DNA of 64,000 bases, taken from IMG/VR virus record IMGVR_UViG_3300046673_000306, positions 1 through 64,000 of that record; one strand, given 5' to 3'. Made by a program: the position numbers and the translations under genes. How positions within the stretch are numbered: position 1 is the stretch's first letter; every line of letters starts with the position of its first letter. The stretch comes from a virus. The notes beneath the pieces were generated by a model. The model saw only the letters and a list, made by a program, of their open reading frames with translations. It did no database searches and was not told the origin of the DNA. Below, in pieces: positions 33,791 through 43,775 of the stretch.

Positions 33791-36700
33791 GTGGAAGAGA
33801 TCAAGGTCACCCACCCACTGGAACTGGCCCTGGGGGGCCTCGGGCAGGCGGCGTCCCTGCCCGGGGCCCCGGCCCCTGGCCGACCGTGGGCACCGGCCTG
33901 GACGCCCCAGGCCCCCGGTGCCTGCCCCTTAACAGGGCAGGAGAAGGTGCTGACCCTGAGCCTCCTGGAGGGGTCCCTGATCAAGGTCGAGGCCAGTCCC
34001 GCGAGCCCGGACCTGTTCATCGAGATCAGCCGACTCCCGACCAGGGTCCAGAGGAAGGGGGCCCTCGGGGCCTCGTTCTACGACCTGCCAGGAATCCAGT
34101 CCGTGGCCATGTCCCAGGGCTACCGGATCGAGTACGCCCCAGAGGTGCAGGCCCTGATCGACAAGTGGAACCTCTGGTGCCTGGACCTGGAGCAGGTAAA
34201 AACGTTCTCCGACGTCTCAGGCTTCAGGGTTCCGGGCCTAGACGTGGAGTTCATGCCGTTTCAGGCTAGGGGCGTCGCCTACGGCTGCAAGATCAAGTCC
34301 TTCATGCTCTTGGACACCATGGGGCTAGGAAAGAGTATACAGGTATTGGGAATTCTGTACACCCATCGCCTGTCATTAGGTGGGCGCCTGGAGACCCTGA
34401 TCTTGTCCCCGACATCGGTCGTCGGAGACTGGCAGGCCAAGTTCAGGAAGTTCGCCAAGATCGAGGTGTCGGTAGCGACCGGGAGCAAGGCCAAGCGAAC
34501 CAAGGTCTATCAGGGCAAGCCCGAGTTCCTGCTCATGAGCTACGACGTCTTCATGCGGGACATGGTCGAGGTCGCCAAGAGCTTCCGGCCAAAGGCCCTG
34601 ATCTGTGATGAGTGCTTCCCCTATAATCAATTCGTAGCTACTAAAAATGGCTCCATCAGAATTGGGAGATTATATAACTTGTGGCTGGCCGGGAAGGCTC
34701 CTTTGATAAAGAGCCTCAACCTCGACAGCGGATCATTTGAGTACAGGAGTATTCTGAAGGCGTGGAAGAGAGAATTGAAGCCCATGGTGTATGTAGGAGG
34801 AAGTGGTTTCGGTTTCAGGTGCACTCCGGGCCATCTAATTCTCACTTCTATGGGGTGGGTGCCAGCAGGAAATTTGCGTGTTGGAGACTTTGTGACGACT
34901 GGGGCTGACATCTCTGGCCGAATAAGGTACTTGGCTCCTATGTTGAACAGCGACCAGAAACAGGTCTTGATAGGATCATTCTTGGGAGATGGGAATATCC
35001 ATCGACTTGGAGGTTGTCGATATAGGATCAGATTCCTGCATGGCGCCAAGCAGCGGAGGTACTTGGTTGAGAAGTCTAGAATTTTTGGCTGTAATAAAAT
35101 AGCCAAGATAAAAAACAACGGATATTCCGGCGGGATAGCTTATAGGGCAGCCAGCCAGGCATTCTTTTGCAAGGATATTCCCAAAGGAAAAAAAGAGTTT
35201 ATCCCCGACTGGATGATCGAAGAGATGGATGCGAGGGCGATAGCTATTTGGCTCTTGGACGACGCGTCATTCAATCACAAAAAAAAGCAGGTGGTCATCC
35301 ATACCAACAGATTCCCGGAATACTTAGTCGAGAGGCTTTGCGTTAGACTCAGGGAATTCGGCGTGAACTGTTATTGCTCCATCACGGCAAAGCACGATGG
35401 CAGATTCTTCTACTATATACGAATACCGGCTAGGGGCTACAAAAGAACAATGGAGCTGTGCGGGAAATTTTTCTTTCTTGGCATGGAAAAGAAAATACCC
35501 ATGGGCAGTGAGATTTATGAATGGAGTCCAAAATACCCAGAGGTGTCTCTAGGGCTAGTTACAACGATAGAGCAGGATGACAAGCCAAGAATCGAATCAG
35601 AGAATTTTTTATTCGATATCGAAATCGATGAGAACCATAACTTTGTGATCTGTTCTCCGTCAAATAAATCCCAGTCTGGGGTGGTGGTCCATAATTGCCA
35701 GCGCATTTCTAACAGGAAGAACAAGGCCGCGATCAGGCTCTTCGACTTTGTCGACGCCGCGCGACCCCAGTACCGGATAATGGCCAGCGGCAGCCCCATC
35801 GCGAACAAACCCATAGACCTCTGGAGCCTGCTGCGCCTGGTCAACGCCGACCTCGCCGGTTCCCCGACCCTGTTCGAGAAGCGGTACGCCAGGGAGAAGC
35901 TGATATACCACAAGGACAAGGCCACGGGCGAGGTCAAGCCCAAGGGGACCACCTACGGGTCCGGAGACAAGGCCAAGTTCGTGCCCCTGAAGAAGTTCGA
36001 GAACCTGAACCCGAAAAAACCCGCCGACGCGATCCTACTCCGCGAACTCCGGGCCAAGATCAGCCCGTGGCTGATCCGCAGGCTGAAGAAGGACGTGCTC
36101 ACCGACCTCCCCGAGACCACGGAGGAGACGATCAGCATCAAGCTGGGGCCCCGGGAGCGCAAGGTCTACGAGGAGCTGCAAGCCCGCTTCGCCGAGGCCA
36201 TGGCCGGGGTCGCGGACGAGGACTCGGAGAACAGGGTCGACAATTTCTTTACCTGGTTCATCCGCGCGCAGCAGGTGTGCTGCTCCCTGGAGATCGGAGG
36301 ACACGGCAAGGAGTCGTCCAAGATCGATGAGCTAAGGAAGTTCGTCGAGGACTACTCCGAGGAGCAGAAAATCCTTATCTTCAGCCGGTTCAAGGGCATG
36401 ACCGACATCGTCCACCGGGAGATGAAGGAGTACAACCCCGCGTACCTGCACGGGGCCGTAGCGCAGGCAGACAGGCAGCCTCTGGTGGACAGGTTCCAGA
36501 CCGAGGACGACTGCCGACTCTTCATCTCGACCCTGGGCGCCGGTGGCGTGGGCTTGACCCTCACCGCAGGGTCCATCGTCGCCAGGCTCGACCGCTGGGT
36601 CAGCCCGATCCTCAACGATCAGTGCGTGGCCAGGGCTGACCGAATAGGTCAGAAGCGCAACGTCCTGGTCGTGGATTTCGTCGTCCGCGACAGCGTCGAG

Positions 36701-36835
36701 GAGCGCATCTTAGGAATCCTGGAGGGCAAGTCCAGGATGATCAACAGCCTCATCGTCTCGGAGCAGTCCGAGGAGCAGCAGGAGAAGAAGATTCTCCGGG
36801 CCCTAGGTAAGCAGGGGATGCTCAAGCTCATCTGA
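33791..36835 (+). CDS. SNF2-family helicase with intein
   Basis: DTMGLGKS, DE-intein-CQ, SGSPIAN, RRLKKDVL, GGVGLTL, RADRIGQ. Confidence 0.92.
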   Translation: MEEIKVTHPLELALGGLGQAASLPGAPAPGRPWAPAWTPQAPGACPLTGQEKVLTLSLLEGSLIKVEASPASPDLFIEISRLPTRVQRKGALGASFYDLPGIQSVAMSQGYRIEYAPEVQALIDKWNLWCLDLEQVKTFSDVSGFRVPGLDVEFMPFQARGVAYGCKIKSFMLLDTMGLGKSIQVLGILYTHRLSLGGRLETLILSPTSVVGDWQAKFRKFAKIEVSVATGSKAKRTKVYQGKPEFLLMSYDVFMRDMVEVAKSFRPKALICDECFPYNQFVATKNGSIRIGRLYNLWLAGKAPLIKSLNLDSGSFEYRSILKAWKRELKPMVYVGGSGFGFRCTPGHLILTSMGWVPAGNLRVGDFVTTGADISGRIRYLAPMLNSDQKQVLIGSFLGDGNIHRLGGCRYRIRFLHGAKQRRYLVEKSRIFGCNKIAKIKNNGYSGGIAYRAASQAFFCKDIPKGKKEFIPDWMIEEMDARAIAIWLLDDASFNHKKKQVVIHTNRFPEYLVERLCVRLREFGVNCYCSITAKHDGRFFYYIRIPARGYKRTMELCGKFFFLGMEKKIPMGSEIYEWSPKYPEVSLGLVTTIEQDDKPRIESENFLFDIEIDENHNFVICSPSNKSQSGVVVHNCQRISNRKNKAAIRLFDFVDAARPQYRIMASGSPIANKPIDLWSLLRLVNADLAGSPTLFEKRYAREKLIYHKDKATGEVKPKGTTYGSGDKAKFVPLKKFENLNPKKPADAILLRELRAKISPWLIRRLKKDVLTDLPETTEETISIKLGPRERKVYEELQARFAEAMAGVADEDSENRVDNFFTWFIRAQQVCCSLEIGGHGKESSKIDELRKFVEDYSEEQKILIFSRFKGMTDIVHREMKEYNPAYLHGAVAQADRQPLVDRFQTEDDCRLFISTLGAGGVGLTLTAGSIVARLDRWVSPILNDQCVARADRIGQKRNVLVVDFVVRDSVEERILGILEGKSRMINSLIVSEQSEEQQEKKILRALGKQGMLKLI
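34613..35695 (+). mobile_element. intein with LAGLIDADG homing endonuclease (361 aa)
   Basis: Starts CFPYNQ, CTPGH block B, GSFLGDG and IWLLDDA, ends VVVHN followed by Cys; low GC. Confidence 0.92.
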
Positions 36836-36844
36836 GAGGGAGCC

Positions 36845-37465
36845 ATGGCCAAGAAGAAGACGAGGCTGATTCCGACTTCAGACTACGTCACGGGGTACGC
36901 GGATCACGTCTGGCAGACCCTGGTAGACTGCGCTGAGGAGACCAAGTCCGTCTACCCGATGCTGACCTACGCCGTAGACGGCCAGGAGTTCTCGGTGCCG
37001 ATGTCCTTTCTCATGTTCACCGAGATGGGGAAGAGCGTGGTCGCCAAGCCCGCAGCCCTCCCGATCCTGATCGCGAGGATGGGTACTGAGTTCGCGCTGC
37101 TGGCCATGCAGATGTCCTCGTGCGGGAGCGAGGCCGACTTCACCCACGACGTCGAGTGCGTGCTCCGCCGGATCAAACCCCAATGCCTAGTCTTCTCGGC
37201 CCCGGTCAGGACCGTCCGGTCCAAGAAATCTTCACTGACCAGGGGCGAGATCGTCAGGGCCATGTCCGATGCCGTGGCCAAGGGCCCGGATGCCGTCGTC
37301 GTCGTGTCCCGGAACCCGGTTAGGACCTTCTCCGTAGTCAGGCCCATGTCTAGGAGCCTCTCTGGGGACATCGTCTTCGGGGAGCCCGAGACCATGGACT
37401 CTCTCCTGGGTGAACCCCAGCCCGGGGGATACTTTTCACGCGTGTTCGATCCAGACCAAAACTAG
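36845..37465 (+). CDS. hypothetical protein
   Basis: GAGGGAG RBS. Confidence 0.7.
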   Translation: MAKKKTRLIPTSDYVTGYADHVWQTLVDCAEETKSVYPMLTYAVDGQEFSVPMSFLMFTEMGKSVVAKPAALPILIARMGTEFALLAMQMSSCGSEADFTHDVECVLRRIKPQCLVFSAPVRTVRSKKSSLTRGEIVRAMSDAVAKGPDAVVVVSRNPVRTFSVVRPMSRSLSGDIVFGEPETMDSLLGEPQPGGYFSRVFDPDQN

Positions 37466-37475
37466 GAGGCAGATA

Positions 37476-37865
37476 ATGCGCTTGATCAACATCACGTTCG
37501 CGTCAGAACTCGGGATAAAGGCGATGATGGCCCTGTCCGAGGCCAAGGACTCGATGACCACCCAGGAGGTGGCGCGCAGGGTCAAGTGCTCCCCCGCGCA
37601 CATGTCCAAAATCCTTCAGCGCCTGACCAAGGGCCGCCTCGTGGTGTCGGCCCGGGGCCCGCGCGGCGGCTACCGGATCAACGGCCCCGCGAACATGACC
37701 GCCGCCTGCGTCATCGAGGTCGTGGACGGTCACCGGCACATCCTTCCCCGAGGACTACGCAGCCCAAAGGCGCGCGGGACCCCCTATAAGCTGATGATGC
37801 GCACGATCGAGCTGGACGCGTTCGAGACCCTGCGGTCGCGCACGATCTGCGACCTCGCGTCATGA
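37476..37865 (+). CDS. Rrf2-family transcription regulator
   Basis: SPAHMSKILQRL..VVSARGPRGGY..VIEVVDG. Confidence 0.88.
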   Translation: MRLINITFASELGIKAMMALSEAKDSMTTQEVARRVKCSPAHMSKILQRLTKGRLVVSARGPRGGYRINGPANMTAACVIEVVDGHRHILPRGLRSPKARGTPYKLMMRTIELDAFETLRSRTICDLAS

Positions 37866-38296
37866 GCGAACTCATCAGCGTAGAGGAGGCGGCGGCCCAG
37901 GGCGTGACGGAGTCCCCGATCGCTGCGGTCGCGAGCATCGACGAGAACTACCGGGTCCCTTACTCGGTCCAGGGCTCAAACGTGCTCCGGTTCTGGTCCG
38001 AGAAGGCGGACCCCAAGACCCTGTTCTGCGAGAACGTGGTCATGCGCCGGGAACTCAAGGTCGGAGATGGTCTGATCCTGGTCCTGTCCATCGCTAAGCT
38101 CCTGGGCTTCTACAATGCCGAGCCCGATGTCATGTGCCCGGCCTACGGAAAGCCAGAGATGTCTGTGGCGTGGCGGGTCGTAGTCAAGAGCGTGATCCGA
38201 CCCACCCATATGAGCGGGGTCGTGGTCCACGATGCCGTGATCGTCGAGGTCGCGGAATCCTACAACCCGGTGCCGGTCGCGGAGGCCGCATTTTGA
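37862..38296 (+). CDS. hypothetical protein
   Basis: ATGA overlap. Confidence 0.6.
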   Translation: MSELISVEEAAAQGVTESPIAAVASIDENYRVPYSVQGSNVLRFWSEKADPKTLFCENVVMRRELKVGDGLILVLSIAKLLGFYNAEPDVMCPAYGKPEMSVAWRVVVKSVIRPTHMSGVVVHDAVIVEVAESYNPVPVAEAAF

Positions 38297-40428
38297 GGGA
38301 CATCAAGGAGTTCTTTGCCCCAGGCGGCCTGCTCGCGTCACAGTTCAGCAAGTACGAGGCCAGGCCCCAGCAGCTGAAGATGGCCGAGGGCGTGGCCTAC
38401 GCCGCCGACAATAACAGGTGCGCCTTGATCGAGGCCGGGACCGGGGTCGGCAAGTCCCTGGGCTACCTGATCCCGTTCCTGACCAGGATCGAGGAGGACC
38501 GCAACGTCCACGTCGAAGTCGAGGACCCGGAGACCGGGGACGTCAAGGTCGAGGACCGGCCCCGGCGCCTGATCATATCCACGGGAACTATCAACCTCCA
38601 GCAGCAGCTCATGGACAAGGAGCTGCCGATGCTGCGCAAACTCTTCCCGTGGCTGACCTACGCCATGGCCATAGGTACCGAGAACTACCTCTGCGGATGC
38701 CGCCTGGACAGGGCCTTGGCCGATGTCGCGAATAACCCCATGCTCTTCAGCTCCGTGGATGACCTGAAGATGATTGAGGCCTGGTCCCGGAAGACCAAGA
38801 CCGGAATGCGCATGGACCTGCCGAAGACCGTGGATCACAGCGTGTGGTCAGCGGTGAACCGCCAGGCCGATCTCTGCAAGTGCAAGGAATTCACGGAGGA
38901 GAACCGCTGCTTCTACCGCAAGGCTAGGGCCGAGATAAACCAGGCTCACGTCCTGGTCGTCAACCACTGGCTGCTGATGCTGGGGCTGACCGTGGAGAAC
39001 GTGAAGATACTCCCCGGATTCGACTACCTCGTGATCGACGAGGTCCACCAGCTGGAGGCCATCGCCGCCCAGGTCTTCGGGATCGAGGTCTCGAACTTCA
39101 AGGTCAAGCACCTGGTCGACGACAGCCGCCGGTTCTTCCGATCGATGGAGTCGGGGATGGTGAAGGCCAGTGAGGCCCAGGAAATCCTGGACATGATCGA
39201 GGGCGGCTCCGAGACCCTGTTCGATACGATGCGGACCAGGCTCAGGGCCGAGGACAAGGAGGTCCTGCGCCTGCGCCAGCCCATGCTGGCCATGGACCAG
39301 CTCCAGAACGTGGAGCTGATCACGCAGATGGACAGGATCGCGCAGTGGCTGGCAGACGCGGCCCCGCACATCGGAGATGATCAGAGGCTGATGGAGGTCA
39401 GGTCCCTGTCCAAGCGCGCGGCCAAGATCGCGGGGGAGACCCGGAGGTGGCTGACCCAGGCCGAGCCCGACCACGTTTACCAGGTCGCGAGCGAGTCCAA
39501 GGGCAAGCGGATAGTGGCCAAGTCCTGCCCCGTGGACGTCTCCTCGTACCTGCGGACCTGCCTCTGGGGCCTGGGCGTACCCGTGATCGGGACTAGTGCG
39601 ACGATCGCCACGGGCCGGTCCATGGACTTCATGAAGAGGAAGCTCGGGGCCGAGGCCGCCGAGGAGATGGTCCTGGACTCCCCCTTCGAGTACGACAAGA
39701 ACTCCCTGATCTACGTTGCCTCAGACATGCCCGAGGTCAAGGGCGCGAAGCAGGACGCTGGATACTACCAGAAGATAACGGGCAGGGTCGTGGACCTCCT
39801 GAGCATCACCAGGGGCCGGGCCCTGATCCTCTGCACCAGCAACTACGCGATGAAGACCATGGGCGCCAGCCTCAAGGTTATGCTGCCGGACCTCAAGATC
39901 ATGGTCCAGGGCGAGGACCTGGAGCGCCACGCCATGGTCGACGAGCTGAAGCGAAATCCTGGGGCCGTGATTTGCGCCACGGAGTCGTTCTGGCACGGGG
40001 TCGACATCCCGGGCGCGGCCCTGGTGCTCGTGATCATCATCAAGATTCCCTTCTCTAATCCAGCAGACCCCCTGTTCGAGGCCAAGTCCGAGAAGATCGA
40101 CCGCGCGGCCCAGGCCCTGGGCAAGCGCCAGCAGTTCATGGCCGGTTCCTTCATGTCCCTGTCCGTGCCCGAGGCCACGATCAAGCTGAAGCAGGGCTTC
40201 GGGCGCCTGATCCGGACCTCGACCGACTTCGGAGTCATCGCCATCCTCGACCCCAGGATCGTGACCAAGAAATCCTACGGACAGAGGATGCTCCAGTCCC
40301 TGCCCAGGACCTATGTCGTCGCGGACCTGGAGGCGGTGAGGAAGTTCTTCGCCGAGCGCCTGCCACCTCCGGGCTCTGAGCCCATGCCGGGGGTTGTGAC
40401 GGGCGAGATTGAAGAAATTCCCTTCTGA
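38293..40428 (+). CDS. dinG: DinG/YoaA-family helicase
   Basis: RPQQ, EAGTGVGKS, NYLC, VVNH, IDEVH, SAT, SPF, FWHGVD, QGFGRLIR; TTG start after GGAGG. Confidence 0.92.
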   Translation: MRDIKEFFAPGGLLASQFSKYEARPQQLKMAEGVAYAADNNRCALIEAGTGVGKSLGYLIPFLTRIEEDRNVHVEVEDPETGDVKVEDRPRRLIISTGTINLQQQLMDKELPMLRKLFPWLTYAMAIGTENYLCGCRLDRALADVANNPMLFSSVDDLKMIEAWSRKTKTGMRMDLPKTVDHSVWSAVNRQADLCKCKEFTEENRCFYRKARAEINQAHVLVVNHWLLMLGLTVENVKILPGFDYLVIDEVHQLEAIAAQVFGIEVSNFKVKHLVDDSRRFFRSMESGMVKASEAQEILDMIEGGSETLFDTMRTRLRAEDKEVLRLRQPMLAMDQLQNVELITQMDRIAQWLADAAPHIGDDQRLMEVRSLSKRAAKIAGETRRWLTQAEPDHVYQVASESKGKRIVAKSCPVDVSSYLRTCLWGLGVPVIGTSATIATGRSMDFMKRKLGAEAAEEMVLDSPFEYDKNSLIYVASDMPEVKGAKQDAGYYQKITGRVVDLLSITRGRALILCTSNYAMKTMGASLKVMLPDLKIMVQGEDLERHAMVDELKRNPGAVICATESFWHGVDIPGAALVLVIIIKIPFSNPADPLFEAKSEKIDRAAQALGKRQQFMAGSFMSLSVPEATIKLKQGFGRLIRTSTDFGVIAILDPRIVTKKSYGQRMLQSLPRTYVVADLEAVRKFFAERLPPPGSEPMPGVVTGEIEEIPF

Positions 40429-40432
40429 CAGA

Positions 40433-40741
40433 ATGTGCTCCCGCTGCGATTGGCGCGAGTTGGTGTCCCAGGTCAAGGCCGTGGTCGCCGACAGGCCACC
40501 GGCCCTGGGCGAGCGCCAGCGCGACTGGATCGAGGCCATCGCCGTAACCGTCGACGACGACCACCACGCCACCGACCACCAGAAGGCGGTGGTCCGGCGC
40601 ATCCTCAGGGAGCGCGGGATCGAGTCATGGCGCGCGATCCCCAAGGCCTTGGACAAGTCCGAGTGGTCGGAGAAGAAGAAGCGGGCCTGGCGGGAGCGCC
40701 GGAATCTCGCGGCCAGGTGCCGGTCCCACTCCGGGTTCTGA
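40433..40741 (+). CDS. hypothetical protein
   Basis: Operon packing. Confidence 0.5.
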   Translation: MCSRCDWRELVSQVKAVVADRPPALGERQRDWIEAIAVTVDDDHHATDHQKAVVRRILRERGIESWRAIPKALDKSEWSEKKKRAWRERRNLAARCRSHSGF

Positions 40742-40933
40742 CGGTGGCATCATGAGCGAGTCCTACGACTGCTTCCGGGACAGGCTCCCGAACGCGGTGT
40801 GCATGGGCGACAAGCACTCGTGCTGCGCGCGCTGCGTCAACAGCAAGAGCGAAGAAGAGAGGAGGGCCCTGATAATGGGCCGGGAGATTCCCGATGGTAA
40901 TTATCCCTTGACAACACTTAAAACAAATAGGAC

Positions 40934-41043
40934 TTTACAACGGAAAATAATATGCTATACTATAAATGCTCCCGGTGGATTTTCTATTTACGGGTCGTCC
41001 GTGCCGACGGGAAACCATCGGGAGCCACGGACGACCCACTTTT
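40934..41043 (+). promoter_or_regulatory. promoter plus pseudoknot-type leader of tnpB2
   Basis: TTTACA-16-TATACT; GCTCCCGGTGG/CCATCGGGAGC crossing GGGTCGTCCGTG/CACGGACGACCC. Confidence 0.7.
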
Positions 41044-42231
41044 ATGATTCTTAAAACTTTCCAGCTAAGGCTCTACCCAAATCGTCGGCAGACGCGCTTG
41101 CTATCCAAACATTTCGGCTGTGCCCGCTTCGTCTACAACTGGGGGCTGGCAAAGAAACGGGACGAATATGAGAAAACTGGGAAGTCCTCCACATGGGTCG
41201 CTCTCTGCAAAGAACTAACCATATTGAAGCAGGGCACCTATTGGCTGTGTGAGGTAGCCACTGCTCCATTACAATCTTCTATCCGGCATCTCGACGCGGC
41301 TTACCAGAAGTTTTTCAAGGAGAAGAAAGGATATCCGGCGTTCAAGCGCAAACACGGACGTCAGGCATTTCAGTATCCGGAGAACGTTAAGGTTAACGCC
41401 GAAAAGCGTCAGTTGTATTTCCCATGCATCGGATGGGTACGCTACCTCGATGGGCGCAGTATGGACGGGCAGATTAAAACCGTGACCGTAGTGCGTAGCG
41501 CGACGGGTAAGCACTACGCGCAGGTCCTGGTTTTACTACCTGATAATATCCCTGAGAAGAAGCCTCTCGATAAGTCGCGTGCGGTTGGCATTGATGTCGG
41601 CCTGACGACATTCGCTACATTCTCTGACGGGCGCAAGGTCGCTAACCCGCGTTTCCTAAAATGGAGTCTTAAAAAGCTGGCGACGGCAAACAGGCATCTG
41701 AGTCGGACGCGGAAAGGTTCAGAGAACCGTGGCAAGGCGCGGTTACATTTGGCATTGGCTCACGAGAAGGTCGCTAACCGCAGAAAAGATTTCCTGCATA
41801 AACTGACGACACAGATGGTAAACGAAAACCAAGTTGACACCTGGGTCATCGAGACGTTGAACGTAGCCGGTATGGTCAAACTGCGGAGCCTATCGAGAAG
41901 CATTCATGATGCCAGCTGGTCGGAGTTTGTACGTCAGCTAGTGTATAAATGTGACTGGCGTGGTAAGAACTTGATAAAGATTGGTAGGTTCATGCCGTCG
42001 TCTAAGATGTGCTCTTGCGGTGCAGTAAATGATGACTTGCGTTTGGCTGACCGGACGTGGACGTGCAGGATGTGCGGGGTTACGCATGACAGGGATATCC
42101 TAGCGGCCCAGAACATTCTGAAGTTTTCTAATCTAAATACCGAGGGCAACCCGGGAATTAACGCCTCTGGAGAGGAAGGTCGTAAACTTCCCCGTGGAAA
42201 GAGGAAATCCATACGTGTTCGGAAGGGATAG
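41044..42231 (+). CDS. tnpB: TnpB RNA-guided nuclease (alternative in-frame start 40966)
   Basis: GIDVG / IETL / DRD; close paralog of TnpB1. Confidence 0.95.
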   Translation: MILKTFQLRLYPNRRQTRLLSKHFGCARFVYNWGLAKKRDEYEKTGKSSTWVALCKELTILKQGTYWLCEVATAPLQSSIRHLDAAYQKFFKEKKGYPAFKRKHGRQAFQYPENVKVNAEKRQLYFPCIGWVRYLDGRSMDGQIKTVTVVRSATGKHYAQVLVLLPDNIPEKKPLDKSRAVGIDVGLTTFATFSDGRKVANPRFLKWSLKKLATANRHLSRTRKGSENRGKARLHLALAHEKVANRRKDFLHKLTTQMVNENQVDTWVIETLNVAGMVKLRSLSRSIHDASWSEFVRQLVYKCDWRGKNLIKIGRFMPSSKMCSCGAVNDDLRLADRTWTCRMCGVTHDRDILAAQNILKFSNLNTEGNPGINASGEEGRKLPRGKRKSIRVRKG

Positions 42232-42256
42232 TTGCCTTCCCGATGGACGAGAACAA
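42137..42256 (+). ncRNA. putative omegaRNA of TnpB2
   Basis: GGCAAC/GTTGCC covaries with copy 1. Confidence 0.65.
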
Positions 42257-43184
42257 GCAGATTCAGGCGGTGGGCAGCAAGGGCCTGGAGCAGATCGCGG
42301 AGGAGAAGGCTCAGGAGCGCGGACTACAGGAGCAGGCGGCGGCTCAGGGTCAGCGGGTAGCTCCCAAGGGGCAGCCCCCGAGGATCAACAACTTCTTCCT
42401 GATCAGGACCCCGATGGAGCCGCAGGCCTTCGTCGACTTTATCGATAAGGACGTCCTGAACAAGAACGAGATCAGGATCGATCCCTGCGGCGCGATGATG
42501 GGCATGATCACCCTCCGTTTCGCCTCTGGCCTGCCCAGGCCCGGGGCGGCCCTGCCCATCGAGACCCAGGGTCCCGGGGCATCGCCCCTGGTCAAGGTCG
42601 AGAACATGATCTTGGCCAAGCTCGACGCTGGGCCGTGGCCCTGGTACGACCGGGTCTCGACCGACATCCTGACCCAGATCGTGGAGCGCCTGAACGTCAG
42701 GGCCTGGGTCTGCGGCTGGGCCATGGACAAGGCCTGGTCCTGGGTAGAGGCCTGGCGACCGCACCGCAACACCGGGACCGCGACCATGACCGAGACTTTC
42801 GATGGTCCCTCAAACGGGGAGGTGACGAGGAAGGCGGCGGAGCGCTGGGGGATAAACGTCCGGGACGCGTTCGACGCCCTACACCTGGCGGCCCAGTACG
42901 AGGCCCTGCGGAGGTGGCTGATCCTGCCGGAGCCCAGGCCCGTGCCGTTCACGGCCCACGTCAGCTACCTCGCGGGAAAGCTGCTGGTCGGGGAGGGAGA
43001 TAGGGAATGGATCGTAAAAAAATGGGAAGAAAATTTTCCCTGGCGCAGGCCCGAGGATGGGCCGCTGCACATCCAACGCTACTACCTGCCCCGGAACCAG
43101 CAGGAGATGCTGGAAAAGATCGAGCAGGATAAAAAAGGAAAGGCCCCAACCTTTCGATTGGAGCCCCCCTTCGCTGGCCTCTAG
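42243..43184 (+). CDS. hypothetical protein
   Basis: 313 aa; its apparent RBS (GGGAGA) is stranded left of the TnpB2 insertion. Confidence 0.7.
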   Translation: MDENKQIQAVGSKGLEQIAEEKAQERGLQEQAAAQGQRVAPKGQPPRINNFFLIRTPMEPQAFVDFIDKDVLNKNEIRIDPCGAMMGMITLRFASGLPRPGAALPIETQGPGASPLVKVENMILAKLDAGPWPWYDRVSTDILTQIVERLNVRAWVCGWAMDKAWSWVEAWRPHRNTGTATMTETFDGPSNGEVTRKAAERWGINVRDAFDALHLAAQYEALRRWLILPEPRPVPFTAHVSYLAGKLLVGEGDREWIVKKWEENFPWRRPEDGPLHIQRYYLPRNQQEMLEKIEQDKKGKAPTFRLEPPFAGL

Positions 43185-43203
43185 GTCGCAGGGAGCTACC
43201 CTC

Positions 43204-43226
43204 GGGACTCAGGATGGGTGAGTCCC
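43204..43226. terminator. hairpin between convergent blocks
   Basis: GGGACTCA..TGAGTCCC. Confidence 0.45.
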
Positions 43227-43250
43227 TATTGTAGCATGACTTCCCTCCGA

Positions 43251-43562
43251 TTACAACCGGCCCAGGCGCCGGTCCTGCTCCCTCTTGAACGCGAGTATCG
43301 ACCGCAGGCCCTCCTCGTCCCAGAACCGGGGCCGCATCCGCTTGTGGTCCTTGCCCTTGGCTCCCTGGGGCTTGCCCATGCGCCTGCCCTTGGGGAAGGC
43401 TGGGTCAGTCTTGTCCAGGCGAATGACGTAGCTCTGGCTCCAGCCCACGATCCTGGCGACGTCGCCCGAGGAGTAGAGCTTTGTCTGCGGCTCCGGTTCC
43501 TCGGTCTTGGCGATCGCCTGCGCCAGGACCTGGCGGGAGACCGGCCTCACTTTGTTTTCCAT
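43251..43562 (-). CDS. AlpA/excisionase-like HTH protein
   Basis: LYSSGDVARIVGWSQSYVIRL..FPKGRR..RFWDEE. Confidence 0.7.
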   Translation of the reverse strand: MENKVRPVSRQVLAQAIAKTEEPEPQTKLYSSGDVARIVGWSQSYVIRLDKTDPAFPKGRRMGKPQGAKGKDHKRMRPRFWDEEGLRSILAFKREQDRRLGRL

Positions 43563-43574
43563 GGTACCTCCAGA

Positions 43575-43769
43575 TCAGGCTTCGATTTCTTCACGGTCCT
43601 GGACCATTAAGAACCCATCACAGCATTCGAGTCCGCAGGGACAGGCGGTCGCCCGCAGCCCAGCTTGTCGCATTTGAACCCTGGACAGCCTGCTCTTTTT
43701 AGAGAACTTGTCCAGGAATTGCTCCTTCGTCATCTTCGGCGACCACATATCACTGTCCCTCCTCGTCAC
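43575..43769 (-). CDS. small hypothetical protein
   Basis: CPCGLECCDG motif. Confidence 0.5.
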   Translation of the reverse strand: MTRRDSDMWSPKMTKEQFLDKFSKKSRLSRVQMRQAGLRATACPCGLECCDGFLMVQDREEIEA

Positions 43770-43775
43770 CTATTA

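Larger units (their letters stand above)
40896..42236 (+). mobile_element. non-autonomous TnpB element 2 with TIRs and 8-bp target-site duplication
   Basis: GGTAATTATCCCTT / AAGGGATAGTTGCC (12 of 14 match); TTCCCGAT at 40888 and 42237. Confidence 0.8.

Noticed and set aside
38293-40428. DinG as part of a type IV CRISPR system with the Cas7-like gene
   Set aside because: About 15 kb away, no csf1/csf3/cas6; it looks like an ordinary YoaA/DinG helicase.
43251-43562. Excisionase as proof of an integrated prophage
   Set aside because: No integrase, att site or host genes in the window; lifestyle is undetermined.
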